The notes under the pieces were generated by a model. It ran no database searches and was not told where the DNA came from. It was given only the letters and a program-made list of their open reading frames with translations. Below are positions 24,027-39,180 of a stretch of DNA of 64,000 nt, in pieces; position 1 is the stretch's first letter, and each line of letters opens with the position of its first letter. Location of the stretch: positions 372,001 through 436,000 of the forward strand of contig NOWV01000031.1 in the NCBI GenBank assembly GCA_003344405.1, in the 5' to 3' direction. A program made the translations under genes and the position numbers. The stretch is from Trichoplax sp. H2 (Eukaryota).

Positions 24027-27000
24027 TTATATAATAATATCCTTTTCAAAAATTTTATTTAATTTTTCTCTCATTTCAGAGTTAATTTTCAACAAGTAAT
24101 TTACTTGATGAGCCATCATTTTCACCCTATAATTATGTAGCAATGATAATGAATATTTATTAAGTTATTATTCTAAAATACAACTTTAAATTACCTTAAT
24201 CGTTAAAGAAATAAAAATAAATTGTATTAATTCGTACTTTATACGCAGAGAATGAATATTAATTACCATTAGGGTAAATCTATTAAGATACTGTAGGCTT
24301 TCTGTCATCATTACCTTCTGCCATGATTCGAAGCAATTTCTTTCAACTCACGAACATCGTTTTCTACTGCACTGGATTGACTAACTTCGATCATATCTTG
24401 ACTCAAATTATTTTGAATCTAAAAAAGATATAGTTTGAATGTGTAATTAAACTTTAGTCCGGGGTTAAACAGTTGTAAATAATAGATCACTGCATTGAAC
24501 GAATCTGATACTGAGCTATTCTTCGATAATAATAAATACTAAATACTTACAATAAGAGTTACTTTGATTATTATATTTCAGTAAATTATATGTTGCACCC
24601 TAAACTGAAATTCTTATACGTTAACTGAGGTTAAACAATTGCAGAACTATCCTTTGTAATTCCAAGTATCACTAAAGTTATGTTATATCATAATTAATCT
24701 TATTAGCAGATATATTGTAGTCTAACTATGCAGGATTAGTTATCTAATATCAATATCAATAAAAAAGCTATGTCAGTTTGGTAATTCATTGCTTCAGTTT
24801 ATGACAACAGCATTGATAAGTGCCTTATGTTGATATTATAGAAGTATGTTCATGCTCTGCAGGTTGCAATATTATAAGATATTATCACTTCTCTAACTGA
24901 ATTTAACGTAAAAGCAAAAGTTTCTTTAGTCTTTGCGAAATTTATTAATGTAGAAGGAACTAGAAATTCCTTATATTCTCGTAAGCTCAACGATTTATTT
25001 CTGCTGTATATCTTGCCGAAAAGCTAATTTATGATAACATCAAATGAGCAGCGATTGCTAAAATATATCGGAAAGTAAAATTATCTAGAATATCGTTTCA
25101 AAGAATACTAAACTATCAATTCTAAACTTGTTCATGGAATAAGCCTTGCTTGAAGCAAGAATCAGTACTTACTTGAGTGAACAATCCCTGCTCTCGTTTT
25201 TCCTCCTTACTGATATAAAATTTCTTCCTTAGAAAGTAAGGTAACGAATTTTCAATTTGGTCCATGAATTGTACTTGAATGTTCAAACAACTCAGAACGG
25301 TATTTCTTTCAATTTTATGTATATCGCCTACGGCTAAATCAACCTATATAGTAAAGTTAAATATCAGTTACGGCTATCAAGATATTGTATATCAGCTACA
25401 TATTTTGTTTACCATCAGGTTCATTGCAGCAATCGGCATAACAATGATAAAGCCAAAATAAAAGATTAGCGCAAGAACATTATAAGGAGCTAATGTTTTT
25501 CCGTTATATATAGGATCAAAGAAGACTTCGATATAGTCTAATTCTCCAAGTATCATATCGAAAACTTTGATAAAAGAATATGATGCACTGCTGAAGTAAG
25601 TCTATCATAGAGGTCAAGAAAAGGAATAGATAAATACCTCAATATTCATTAATATTGTTAGCATATTAGGAAAATGAGTTTATATGCTATCAGAGAAATT
25701 TCGAAGATTAACTTACCTCGTGACCTAGTTTAATATGAAAGCTAAGTCCAAAGGCAATAATAAGAAATCCCAACATGAACCCTACCTATCGAGAATTTAT
25801 ACGTATACAAATCCATTCAAGAATCCAGGTAAAATACTCTTAATACAGATATCCGATTCATTCGTTGCGAATGATCATTAATACCCAATGAAATTGCATT
25901 ATATTAAATATTAATACATCAGCAGATTACCTTAGCAATAGTAAGCAAGACCGATTGAAGCATGGCATCGTATATACCAAAGGTAGGTAGCCTAGGTAGA
26001 TTAAAAGTATTCTATCAACTATTTCAATCTTGATTACAATTACTATACAGACTTACAGTAAATTAAGGGAACTTTGCTACACTGCTTTTGAAATATTACG
26101 AAATAATAAATTAAAATCCAGTCAATAGATTGATCTATTAGCTTTTTCGGTATCTTACATGTGAGATATAACAGTTATAATAATTATATATACTAGTATG
26201 CAACATAAAATAATATTTTCTACTTTCTATCTTTAATTGCTAAAGGAGTAGATTATAAAATTCTCTTGCTGGATCATCCATGCATTTTGCAGATATCCAC
26301 CACGCGAGATGATACAGTTATAATAATTACAGAGGTAACATAAAAAGATATTTTCTACTTTCTATCTGGAATCGCTAAGACTAGATGTAAAACTTCTCTT
26401 GCTAAAATATTAAGAATATCTTAATTATTAAATATAGAAATGGTATAATTTATTAAAGTATTCAGCGTTTTGCAAGCAAGTAATAAATAAATTCTGACTG
26501 AAAGATCACTGGTTAATTCTACATTTGTTAAGATGGATTCATATATACAGTACAATCCTAATAGTGTTAAATTGACCTACCGTTGCAGATAAACTATTAA
26601 ATTACACCAAGTTGATAGCAATACTACCTACGGCCCACTGAACAAAGCCAGGTTCACTTCCAGGAGCAATAGAAAATATGATGGTAGAAATATATATCAA
26701 TAATTCCACGCAATTTGTTAAGTCATGAAAGTAGGATGATTTCTGCCAAGTAAAATCAAAGATATATGTTACAGTAATCCTTTGCTGACCATTTTGTCAT
26801 GGCGATATAATGCTTTTAAATTGTTGCAAATAATGGAAAAATCTTGTACTAGCTGCTATAAATCAACCAGTGTGAAAGGCTATTAGTAAATTATAATGGT
26901 TGATGTAGTTAAAAAACACCTTACGACACATTTGAGCTAATTCTGTCATTAAATTTACCAGAGTAAACAGAAGGATAATCAACTGAGAAAGGAAGATGCC

Positions 27001-27332
27001 TGGTCGTGAACTCTAAAATAACGATTTAAGATGTAGTCATGAACGGATTTCAAAGCACAATCCATTCTCTATTTCATTAAGGTCGAATATCCTTAAAAAT
27101 TTCCTATAAGTATCGTTCAAAAACAACACTTACAAATGTAAAATAGTAAAATGTAACAGTTCGATTGCCATAAGTATACGTTTCTTGAGTATATTCATAG
27201 TTAGAATAATCACCATTATAAGTAACGATATTGCCGAATGGACGCAAAGCGACAGTGAAATAGGTTAAAGCCCCAACGAGTAAGAGGCAAAGAATTAAAT
27301 TAATAAAATAAATTGGGATACCAAAAGTACGC
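24027..27332 (-). pseudogene. TRPA1-like copy B: 5'-truncated duplicate (S1 to C-terminus only) with frameshift
   Basis: Only the last nine exons are present, and intron similarity to copy C ends at ~27490. A 5-nt deletion in S4 (GCTATCAACTTGG vs ACTGTCTGCTTAACCTGG in C) gives TAA at 26602-26604. It also carries radical changes at sites conserved in the other copies (VGLAV>VDLAV, YV>YD, HIILG>HIKLG, SRL>SCL). Confidence 0.85.
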
Positions 27333-28682
27333 CTGCAAGATTAAACAGAATGAATCATAAAAGTAGCTCTATTGCATAGGTATGGAAACTTATAAAAAGA
27401 TAACTGAAATTGCTCTAGCAATTTTATAAAGTTTATGTGCAAAACGGTCTTCAAATTGCTATAAAACACTATTCTTAATTATTCATTTTAATATATGACG
27501 ATTTACATGAATTCGCGATATAAGTTAAATGGTTGATTTCCAATATAAAGTTTAACTACTTTCTAATCTTCATGCTTTATCTGTTCTTTCTTGAGTTCGA
27601 TCATATTCTGAGTAATATCATCATCCGCTAATTCTTTAATAGCGTTTTCATGCGTTGTTAAAGTAGTTTCATTTACAGAAAATGATAATAGAATTCATGT
27701 ATGGCTTTATTAGCTAAGTTTCACCTCAATCTAGCTTAAAAATTAAAGCTTAATAGCCTCTTTGCTACTACGTTGGCTTCGTACTTTAATAATCTTACGG
27801 ACTTAGAACGACCTGGACTCTTCGCCATTTCGTCAATAGCCACAGGCCACTAAAATGTTTATTGTACTCAAAATATTACAGATTCCTAAACCAAACAAGG
27901 CATATCCTCCAATTTTATGACAGTTACCAAAACATCGCAGAAACTTGCTTGCTTATGATTAAGGATTAACTCTTCTTAATCTATTTTTATAATATAAATA
28001 GAATTTGCAATTTATTGCTGTAAATGCATGCTGCCAATAATAGACAATTTAGAAGACATTGATCATATATAATGATAGAAAGAAAAGGACTATGAACTTC
28101 AATTTCTTAACTAAAACAATCCTAATAAGTGACTATGATCACGCAATTCCAAATTTTAGTAAAATAAGGGCTTTATTGAATCTTGTACAACGATTAACTA
28201 CACACAGCTCTACTCTAGCCGAATACTACTACTAAAGACTTCTACAACGAAGTAACAGAATAATCTAAAGTTGCATGCTTTTATACTTTCGTAGCGTTCG
28301 CAGCTACAATCCGCACGGCAACCTTTTACCTTATTTTACAAACAGTTAAATTATTCTTAGTAACACTATTCTACTGCGGGCCATCATTAATTCGATATGG
28401 ATACGACTACAGTATTTACGTAGACAATATTCACACCAGCCAAAGTACAATGAATTAACCATATCCCAATATATGATTTACAGTTCTATTTTTACCTATA
28501 ACCATATTAGTAACTCAACACCTTACGGTATATAGTTATTTGTACTCTAGCATAGAGTCTCTACTACTACAGTCTATAGTTATGGCTACCAAATATTTCT
28601 TAGGATAAATATCTACCATACATTATACTACACATGGCTAACAGTCTACAATCACAATATTAAGTTACATTAGAGATGCTAA

Positions 28683-31600
28683 TTAAAAATTGGTTGCACT
28701 TTTACTGTACATAATAATATCTTTTTCAAGAAATTGATTTAATTTCTCTCTCATTTCAGCGTTAATTTTCGACAAGTAATTTATTTGATGCGCCATCATT
28801 TCTATGCTATAATTGTAGAATAATAACAATACAAATTCATTTGGTTATTATTCCAAATTGGCTTGATTATTTAAGCAATAAATAGAGATTGTAATAGTTC
28901 TTATTACATACATTAAGAGCAAGTATTACCGTTAGGATAAAATCTTTACAATTATTGTAAACTTTCTGTCATCATTACCTTTTTTCTTGATTGGATGTAG
29001 TTTCTTTCAATTCACGCACATCATTTTCTACTGTACTGGATTTATCAACTTCAGTTACGTCTTGAATCGAATTATTTTGAATCTAAAAAGATACAATGTA
29101 AGTGTGTAATTAGTTCTTCGCCCTGAAATAAACTATTATAAAAAATTACTACATTTAACGAATCTGATATTTATTATTTGATTTTGATAAAGACTAAATA
29201 CTTACAGTAAAAGCTATTTTAATCATGACTCAATTATACTAGAGTAGATGATATGTTTCGCCGCAACTAGAATTCTTAAATTATAACTGAGGTTAATCAA
29301 TTACAGAATTATCCTTAGTTATTTCGAGAAACACTAGGATATATATTTTATACAATAGATGATCTTGTCAGCAGACATACTGCAGCTCGACTACTTAGGA
29401 TTAGTCATCTAATATCCATGTCAATAAAAGCTATGTTGATTAGCAAATACATTGCTTCAATTTATGCGAAGAGTACTGACATTGACAATGTCTGATACTG
29501 TTACGATAGAAGTGTATCCAAGCTCTTCAGGTTGCAACGATATAAGATATTATCTGTTCTCTAACTTAATTTAATGTAAAAGCAAAATTATTCTTAGTCT
29601 ATATTTATAAGATTTAGAAGGAACCAGGAGTAACCTAAATTTTCGTAAGCTCAAAGATTCATTTCTACTGTACTCTCATCGCAAAGCTAATTTTTAAGAA
29701 GAATATATGAGTAGCCAAAATGTATCGAAAAATAAAATTATGTAAAATATAGTTTCAAACAAAACTAAACAGAAACTTCTTTATAGAATTAATGTTGCTG
29801 TAAGCAAGAGTTAGTACTAACTTGAGTGAAAAATCTCAGCTTTCGTTTTTCCTCCTTGCCGATGTAAAATTTTCTCCTTAGAAAGTAAGGCATTGAATTT
29901 TCAATTTGGTCAATAAATTGCACTTGAATTTTCAAACGACTCAGAACGGCATTTCTTTCAATTTTATCAATGTCGCCTACGGCTAAACCAACCTATATGG
30001 TGTAAAGTAAAATATCACTTATAGCCATCAAGATATTGCCTCTCAGGTACATATTCTGCTTACCATCAGGTTCATTGCTGCTATAGGCAAAATAATTGCA
30101 AAGGCAACTAGAAAGATTAGTGCAAGGACATTGAAGGGAGCTAACGTTTTCCCGTTATTTATAGGATCAAAGAAGACTTCGATATAGTCTATTTCTCCAA
30201 GCATCATATCGAAAACTTTGAGGAAAGAATATGGCGCAGTGCTAAAATAAGTCTATCATCCAGGTCAAGAGAACGAATCGATAAACATCAATACATTGAT
30301 TAATATTGCCAATCATATTAAGAATTTGAATTTATATTTTACCAGGGCAACTGCAAGGATTAACTTACCTCATGACCTAGTATAATATGGAAGCTAAGTC
30401 CAAAGGCGATAATAAGAAATCCCAACATAACTCCTACCTATTTAGAATTTATATAAAAAGTCACGAAAAGAATCCAAGTAAAAACACTCATTTCTACGGT
30501 GTCCGATTTTTACGTAGCCCATGATCATTTACAAGTGATAAAATGGCATTAAGACAAATATTAATGGATCGCTAAATTACCTTAGCAACGGTAAGCAAGG
30601 CCGACTGAAGCATGGTGACGTATATACCGAAGGTAGATAACCTAGGTGGATTAAAATTATTCTATCAACTATTTTAATCTTGAATGCAATTATCATATAA
30701 ACATACAGTATACACATATTAAGGAACTTCGCTACGTTGCTATGCAAATATACGAAATTGAATTTTAATATAGTTAATACATTGATCTAATTATTTGCAG
30801 GTATTTTATATATTATCTGTTTTTCAGGAATCTATTGTGAACAGTCACTATTAGTATTAAAATGATTACGGATAACATATTATTTTCTACTTTCTATCCT
30901 TTAATTACTTCATCAAGAAGATCATGTTCATTATTACGAATAGAAATAATTATAATTTATCTGTTATTATATTCAATTTTTTACTACAAGGTATAAAACA
31001 AATTTTGACTGCAACCAACGCCGGTTAATTAGGCATTTGTTTAGATAAACACTCATATATCCAATCCAAATGACGTTAAGATGGCTTACCGCTGAAGATA
31101 AACTATTAAATTACACCAGGTTAAGCAGACAGTAATGCTACCTACGGCCCACTGAACGAAGTCAGGCTCACTTCCTGGAGGAGTAGCAAATATAATAGAA
31201 GAAACATATATGTACAATTCGACGTAATTTGAAAATTCGTGGAAGTAAGTTAATTTCTGCCAAGTAAAATAAAATATAAAATTAATCTACTGCTGGCCAT
31301 TTTGTCTTGACGATGTAAAATTTCATAGTATTGCAAACGATGGAAAAATTTCTCATGCCGTCTACTATCAATCAACTAGTAATCAGTTTTTCCAACTTGA
31401 CATTAGTCAGCATAAAATGCCGTTAGTAAGATTATAAAGCAATTCATGACGTTTAAAAATACCTGACGATACATCTGAGCAATTTCTGTGATTAAATTCA
31501 CCAGAGTGAAGATAAGGATAACCATTTGAGAAAGGTAGAGAACTGGTCTCGAATTCTAGAGTAAAGATTCAAAATGACATCATGAAAGGATGTCAAAGTA

Positions 31601-34600
31601 AGAATCTCATTCTTTACTTTATTAAGGATGGATATTATAGTTATTGTAAGCATCTTCCAAAATTAAGACTTACAAATGTAAATGAATAATCTGTATAAGT
31701 CTGATTGCCGACAGTATACGTGTATGAGTTATAGTCAGGAGTAACAATATTGCCAGGTGGACGCAGTGCGATAGTGTAGTAGGTTAAAGCGCCGACGAAA
31801 AAGAGGTAAAGAATCAAATTACTAAAATAAATTGGAACACCAAAAGTACGCCTGCAAGATAAAACAGAATAAACCATTAAGAATAGCTCTATTACACAGG
31901 GATGAAACTTATAAAAGCATCATTGAAATTGGTCAAGCAATTTTATAAAGTTCAGGTGCAAATCGATCATATAATTGCGATAGAACATTATCTTCATTTA
32001 TTAATTTAAAAATAGAGAAGGGTGAGGAATATTACTGTCATAACACACCATTTAGCATCAAGTAGGGCCTGGGATAATTCATGAAGCAGTAATCCTGTTC
32101 TTTTGTGTTCAATCATAGTCTATACATCACAAGTGATAGATATATTAGATACTCGGCCACAAGTTTTAAAATTGGACTTAGCATATGAACTCCTGAATAC
32201 AAAATTAATTGAAATGAAAATCTCTCGATCAAATCTTGTCGAATGTTTCTCTTACCGTTAATGTATTACATCTAGGATTATTCTTTGAGTTCATTTTTAA
32301 TTGCTTTTCTAATGCTGGTCCTGGATCTAATAATGAGTAATCGTAAACAATCTAGAAAAGTACGTAATTTAATTAGTGACGGGTGCAGTTTACTTGCTGA
32401 ATATGCGTTTTCATCTGTCTTTGGCATCTTAAAGATAAATATACAAATGTTACGGTTGGAATCTGCGATTAAATTATCATTTATAAATAGAGATCTTAAA
32501 TACCAAGTATTGATACTAAATACTGTACAAAAGGCCGGCAGGTACAAACTAAGGAAAAAGCAAAGGTCTATTTTTCCCGAAATTGCTGATAAAAAAATCT
32601 AACTATACTAATCGTGTTGATCTGTAATAGCAATTTATCCCACAAATAGTAATGTCAAAGATTCAGTTTAGTTAACGCGCTTTAAGCTAACTAATTCGAT
32701 GGCGTTTTAAATATAGTTCAGCAATTTTATAAACTTATAGTGAAACTATATATCTAATACTGCAATATGTGTAACATGAGATTTATTCTTGGTGCTGTAG
32801 TAGTTCAATATTATACTTTTAAAATTAAGTTGTTAGTACAATTCCCTAATCTAATGATTTAAACTCTGGCTGCAAGCGCCTAAAATACATTACTATTAAC
32901 TAACCACTTTATCCATAGTTCCACTTGCACTTCTTTCAATAGATAAATCCATTACAGCCTACAGTATCGCCAAAATCAAAGTAACGATGAAATGTGCTAT
33001 AAAAATACGCTAAAATTGCTAACACAAGAAGAAGCAATCTAATATACTGGAAATTTACCTTTGCTACTCTTGGTAGTTTCTCAATCAAAGTTTGCATGAC
33101 TGAAAATCCTTCATCGTTAATTCTATTTAAAATCTCTCCGCTTCTAATAAGTTGAATCAATAAAATCATTAAGAATTATATTATAATAAAAACGTGGACG
33201 AAATCATAAAGTATGTAAACAGAGTTCTAACAGGATAATTTCTTATTAATCTTTATCAAAGCAATTTGTCTATTAGACGATAAATTAGCTAGATACAGGA
33301 ATATTTCTACCTTTTATGCTTGACAATTAATAGAGCAGCATCTTCGTATCCACTTTCAATTGCGAGATCTAAGCAGGTTTTTCCATTAACATTACAGAGT
33401 GTTATATCGCTACCACTTTCAAATAATAATTTAACAACAGCACTTGACCCATGGCTAGCCGCTAAATGTAGAGGTGTTTCCTAAATTAATTCAATAGGAG
33501 AAAAAAATTAGTCATTAAAGATTGCTAACTTAAGGTATGGTAGCTGATTCAGGAAATGCTTTCTAGATGACTAACAGTAAAGGCGAAAATTAAAGGCAGA
33601 TGTTGAGAAATAAGACAACTTTCATAGGAAAGCAGTCAAATATGCAATAGTAAAGCGAAAGTAAAATAGGTATTAAGCCCGTTCAAGTAGATAGTATTAC
33701 CTCATAGGAATTGATTCGATTTACATCTGCTCCATTTCTCAGTAACAATTTTCCTACTTGTTCAAAACCCTTAGATGCAGCATATTCCAGTGGTGTCATA
33801 TAACTACCATCTCTGAATTTATTTTTATCCAAGCATTATCAAAACTTTTAAAATAGATTAAACTAGTATTTATTTTCATTATGATCTACTTCAGCACCGT
33901 AAAATTTTCACAATCTAATTCCAACCCGACTAGTCAATATTTCAGGTGCAATGAAATCCTTTAATTTATCACCTTTTCTCAATATCTGCACCATATTTTA
34001 TCAGCATTTTTGTAACCTCGACAGAATCACTGATAACTGCAAAATGCAACGGGGTTCTTGATTTCTCTCCCAAACAATTAACGGATGATAGACAACTTTC
34101 GCATAAATATTGAGCTATAAGTAAATCGCCTTTCCTGTAAAAAGAATAGAGGAATTATTCAGAATTATCTTATCAAGAGAATTACTTCACACACACTTGC
34201 AGTCTACAATAAAGAATCTATTTTCTTAATGTATTTTTAGAAATCTCTAAAGGCTACAAAATGTACTTCCGCTGAATCATTTACCCTTCATCACATGAAG
34301 ATTAAAAGCACTGTCAAAGCAGCTTGAAGCCATACATGATGTCACATTAGCAACTTCAATAAAAGTGAAATAACAATTGCACTTCAAAATCTATAGTTAT
34401 CAATAGTAATCATATGATTGCTCTAATATCAAGGTAAAGTACTACCTAAGCTGATCTTACAAAATTTTACTGATTTTTAAAGTATTTGACGAGCTAGAAG
34501 AAATACTAAACTTACTTGCAAGCCAGATGGAGCGGTATGTTATCATCATCATCATGACTGTCCACAATTGCACCATTGCTAACTAAAATTTCCACAATCT

Positions 34601-37600
34601 AGCAAAGTAAACATACGCATTTAAGTTTATCAAAAGTTAGAAGCTTTAATTTCTGATGTAGTATGAGATACGATATTCCATAACCTGGTGACTTCCACTC
34701 TCAACCGCATAATGCAAAGGTGTTTTTTCAAAATCATTGGTTGAATTTAGAAATTGAATACCATGAGCCTACATATTTACAAAATAAATCATACAAGTAT
34801 TAATGAGATCAAATATAACTGGATATTAAAAGTTATTGTGTAGCTTAATTGACATCTGTTAGCATATTTTTTCGATGCTCGTATTTAGTAACCATATATT
34901 TGTAGATAACTTACTCGTATTAAATGTTGAATTAGCTGCACATGGCCATTTTGAACAGCGAGATGAAGACAATTTCGATGTACTTCATCGACGGAAGAAA
35001 TACTAGCATTATGCCGGAATAAGTAGTCAATTACCGCGATATGGCCTTTTGCAGCAGCACACATTAACCGTGTTTTCTTGGTATGATCGACGGCATCAAC
35101 ATCGGAACCCTTTAATGGAATAAGACGTATTCCTAAATTGAAAGTAACGCTAATGGATAACTAGTTTATACTTATTTATTATTAAAATCAACACATACAG
35201 TAATGATAATATTAATATTATTTCTCTTTAATAGAATAATTGGCATACCTTAATTAAAATAATACTAATGGATAGCTAGCTTACACTAACTTATTATCAA
35301 AATCGACACACGACGTATACGACAAAGGCAATATTAATGTCTTTTCTCTTTCATATAATAAATGAAATACCTAAATTAAAGTAATACTGTCGGAAAACTA
35401 GTTTATGCAACTTAGTATCTAAATTGACATATGTAACAAAGAGAGCATTAATGTCTTTTTAGAAATATAGTTCTTATATTATACCGATAATTTCTCTCCT
35501 TCAAAATAGACAAAAGTATAAAGATTGTTACAAATATTTTAGTAAACAGTATATCTAGAAAATCCTTCATATGGTAATCAGCTGAGAAAGTCCATAATTT
35601 ACAAACATCGATTTTAGAAAAACAGAAGGATTACTTTTATAGTAATGGCGATCAATGCTACAAGTTATATTCGAAAAGAAATATCAAACAACTTGTACTT
35701 ACTACGTCTATTAGCAATGCCATAATGGGTAAATGCCCGTATAAACTTGCTAGGAAAAATGGCGTTTTATACTGATGGTTGTATATGTTTACTGAAGCTC
35801 CTTTATGGATCAGCAATTTGGTAGCTTCAAAGTAGCCGTTAGCAGCTGTAATATGCAAAGCGGTCCAGCCATCTTTCTATAATATCACGCCAAGATATAA
35901 AATTAAAAGAAAAGGCAACAAGCAATTATTAAGGCTACTACTTATTATAGAGAAAGAAGCATTAATTAATGCTTTATTTGTGACTATCAAAGAAAAGTAA
36001 AATGGTTTCTAAACGAAAATAATTTGAAGGTTTTTTCAATCAATCCATTATTCATACTTGTATGGAGTTGATATTGGAGCCATTCTTGAGGCAAATTTCC
36101 AAAGCCTGACGAAAAAAATAGGATAGATTGAAAAGCAGATAAGTGAGTAATGCGCTCGCTAATTTCTAAAAATGAAATAGAGTTACCTTTGCTTCATTTA
36201 CAATAATATTCACTATTAGCTGATGCAATTTAGAGTAAAGTAGTATATTATGTTTGTAATCATGATTCTAAGACGTTCTTCTGGATAGACAATCTACGTT
36301 ATTGTTCAATGTAGATAATATTTACAATTTTCCACACTAGATGCAAGTATAGCTTATCACGCTTGGTTATTGACTGCATTTATCGTCTTTGCAATTTCTT
36401 GTAATCGTTTAGTATTACGTAGACTATGATAGTATCTATTGCATTGAATTCTATAATTTTACTCTATGTTCAAAACTATAAATAGAGCCGGTTTCTGCCT
36501 TTGATTTCGTTAGTTGTGGTAGAGTCGGGGCTAGTCGTTCTGACATTACTCGACAGCAGCTTACAAGCTTCTCCACAGTAACGACAACATTCTTACGCCA
36601 ATTGACTGCAATACAGTATTCACATTTTACGAAAGACAGCTATGTAATCCTGCGATATAGTAATTAATTCAATTTTCACCGACTGATTGAGTCTTTCATT
36701 CACGTTTACTCTCTGCAGGTTTTCTATCCTCGAAGCTACAATATAATTAGAGCCAGTTTCCGCTTCTGATTTTATTACTTGTCATTTTGAAAGGCTAGTA
36801 GTTCTCATATTACCCCATAACAACTTTCACGCTACTCCATAGTAACTACTACATTCTTACGCTACTTGGCCGTAACAAAGTACTTACTTTTCTACCAAAG
36901 ATAGCTATGTAATCCTCTAACATGGCAACTAATTCAATTTTGTCGACTGATTGAATTCTCCATTATAAATTGATAATCCAAAAGTCAAATATCATTTTGT
37001 GGATGCAAGAATAGTTGTCTACTTATTACCTCGACATGACCACCTTGGGCGCTACAATGCAACGGTATTTGCCTTTCGTTATCTTCACAGTTAAGAAGAT
37101 CAATAATAGATAATCCAAAATTAGAGGAAACTTCCAAAAATAATAAAATAATTTGAGTGTGGCCTTTAGATGCTGCACTATGAATTGGTGTGCTACCATC
37201 GATCGCTCTGGCTAACAAGTTGGCTTTATTTTTAATCTGTAAGAATAAATAGGAATTATTTAATTCATTTACTTGGTTGCTCTTACAGAATTTTAGTATA
37301 AGGAAGTTTTACGTCAATAAATCATTCTGAAAAACTTTAAGATGGAAATCTCAGCTAGTAAATATAAGATCAGCAATTAGTTGAATGGCTATGCGATCTT
37401 CAAGCGTAACAGCTTACAAGGTGATGGCAAATTTCAAGTCTCCCTCTCATGGCTGCTTGATGTAGCGGAGTATTTAAATCGTCATCCACGACGCTGACAT
37501 CGAGCAAATTGTTTTCAGTAATGTACTAATGCCAGCGATACAAATTAAACAAAGTGATTAATCGTTTTTTATTTTTTTAGACTTAATATAATATTGAATG

Positions 37601-39180
37601 AAATTATTTAAATGGACATCGCAGTGGAAATAAAAATTATATAAATCTATACTCTATCATCAAAGCTCCAAGTCAACTGTTGCTTACCTTACAAATGTTT
37701 AAATGGCCCAATTTACTAGCTTCATGAAGTAGCGTATTACCTTGATCATCAACTAATTTAAATTCAGCCCCAGCCAAATGCAAGACTTCAAATGTACCCA
37801 GGCTGTTATATTTAGCAGCCATAAATAAGGGCGTATTACCATCATAACCGCGAATATTAACGTCTAGTAGTGGTACGTACCACATAAAACAAATAGTAAT
37901 TTTAATTCATAAAATTTTGTCTAGGTTAATAATGCAAGACATTCGTTTATCTGTGCATGAAAGCTGAAGAAAAATTGTTTTAATCAGGACTTGTCCTATC
38001 GTTTCTATTTATTAATGATAAATTATACAGGAGTTAGAATGGATTATTATTATATACCTGCATCATGAGAGATTAAAGTCTTAACTACATCAACGCGATT
38101 GCCCCGGGCTGCATAGTGTAAAGGAGACATTTGATGTTCATCTAGATTATTGCAGGTATTCTTTTTATCTGGATGAGAACTAAAATGGTTTTCTACTGCG
38201 GCAACATCGCCAAACTTTGCAGCCTGAACATGATAATATCGCCAAATATTTAAAATTAAAATCCATACTTCAGTTTATGACAGAATGATACTAACTGCAA
38301 ACTAAACTCTTAGAAGTAGTAGGATATTTATAAGCGTAGCAATAACAATTGTCGGTACATCACTAGCTTAATGAAATCCTTAAATTAGTAAATGATATAA
38401 CAGAAATCCGACATAGTAGATTTTACGATTTAAAATGTGTATCAAATACTCAAGAATAACTTTATCAAATCGAATAGAGAGACATTATATTGCCTAGAGA
38501 TTTTCCATTACACTAACTTCTACATACCCAAAAGAGATCTTTGAAATATTTAGTATGTGCACGTTTAATGTTTTTAACTTGACCCTATGTCCAAGATTAC
38601 AAGAAAATATTATCTCACAAGAAAGAATGGTTTGTGTGCATTAGTCACTTGAAATTTCATAATTTACAAGTAATTGGGTGCTAGTATCAAAATAAGATCA
38701 TTTGATGAACTATAGTATTTTTTAATAACAAACCAAGCAGAACTTTGACGTTTGTTGATATGGTAAGACATCATAATTAAAAGATACATTTTATACTTGT
38801 AAACAGCTAAAAATAGAATCTATCTGCTTAGAATAAGTCTATGTTATAGAGCAGTGATGCTGTTCCAATATAATAATATCCAGATAAGGAAAACTTTCAT
38901 GCTCCATTTAGTAACAGTTAATATCTACCAATCTTATCATGACCAATATTTTAAATTGAGACTAACTTGGAAAGTATTACATAAGCTGTAGAATTTGTTA
39001 ACACTTTTTACGGTATCATTACCATTCGATAACATTTTTTATGTTATTCTGGCGATTATTTTTAACAAAATTAGTGTAAGAAAATTTCAAATCATAGTGA
39101 ATATTGATGTGTTTTACCATATCTTTCATATTAATGTCAAAAATGGGTTGAGCGGCTGTCCATTTGTGAAATCTATTCAT
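28683..39180 (-). CDS. TRPA1: TRPA1-like cation channel, copy C (complete)
   Basis: The first exon reads MNRFHKWTAAQPIFDINMKDM (ATG 39180). It has the same exon series as copy A, pore MMLGEIDY, VGLAVGDIDKIERNAV, and ends ...MYSKSATNF with TAA at 28683-28685. The exons I read are open. Confidence 0.88.
35128..35445. repeat. Three degenerate ~120-bp tandem units in a copy-C intron
   Basis: CCTAAATTAAA.TAATACT.ATGGA.A.CTAGTTTA...AAAT.GACA recurs at ~35130, ~35248 and ~35370. Confidence 0.75.
36484..36960. repeat. Two ~265-bp tandem units expanding a copy-C intron
   Basis: AGAGCC.GTTTC...CTCCA.AGTAAC..C.ACATTCTTACGC...AGCTATGTAATCCT...AATTCAATTTT..CGACTGATTGA starts at ~36484 and ~36750. The equivalent intron is much shorter in copies A and D. 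Confidence 0.8.

Noticed and set aside
32278..32602. Overlapping 89-aa (-) and 105-aa (+) ORFs
   Set aside because: Both overlap a real TRPA copy C exon in the wrong frame or strand and extend into intron.
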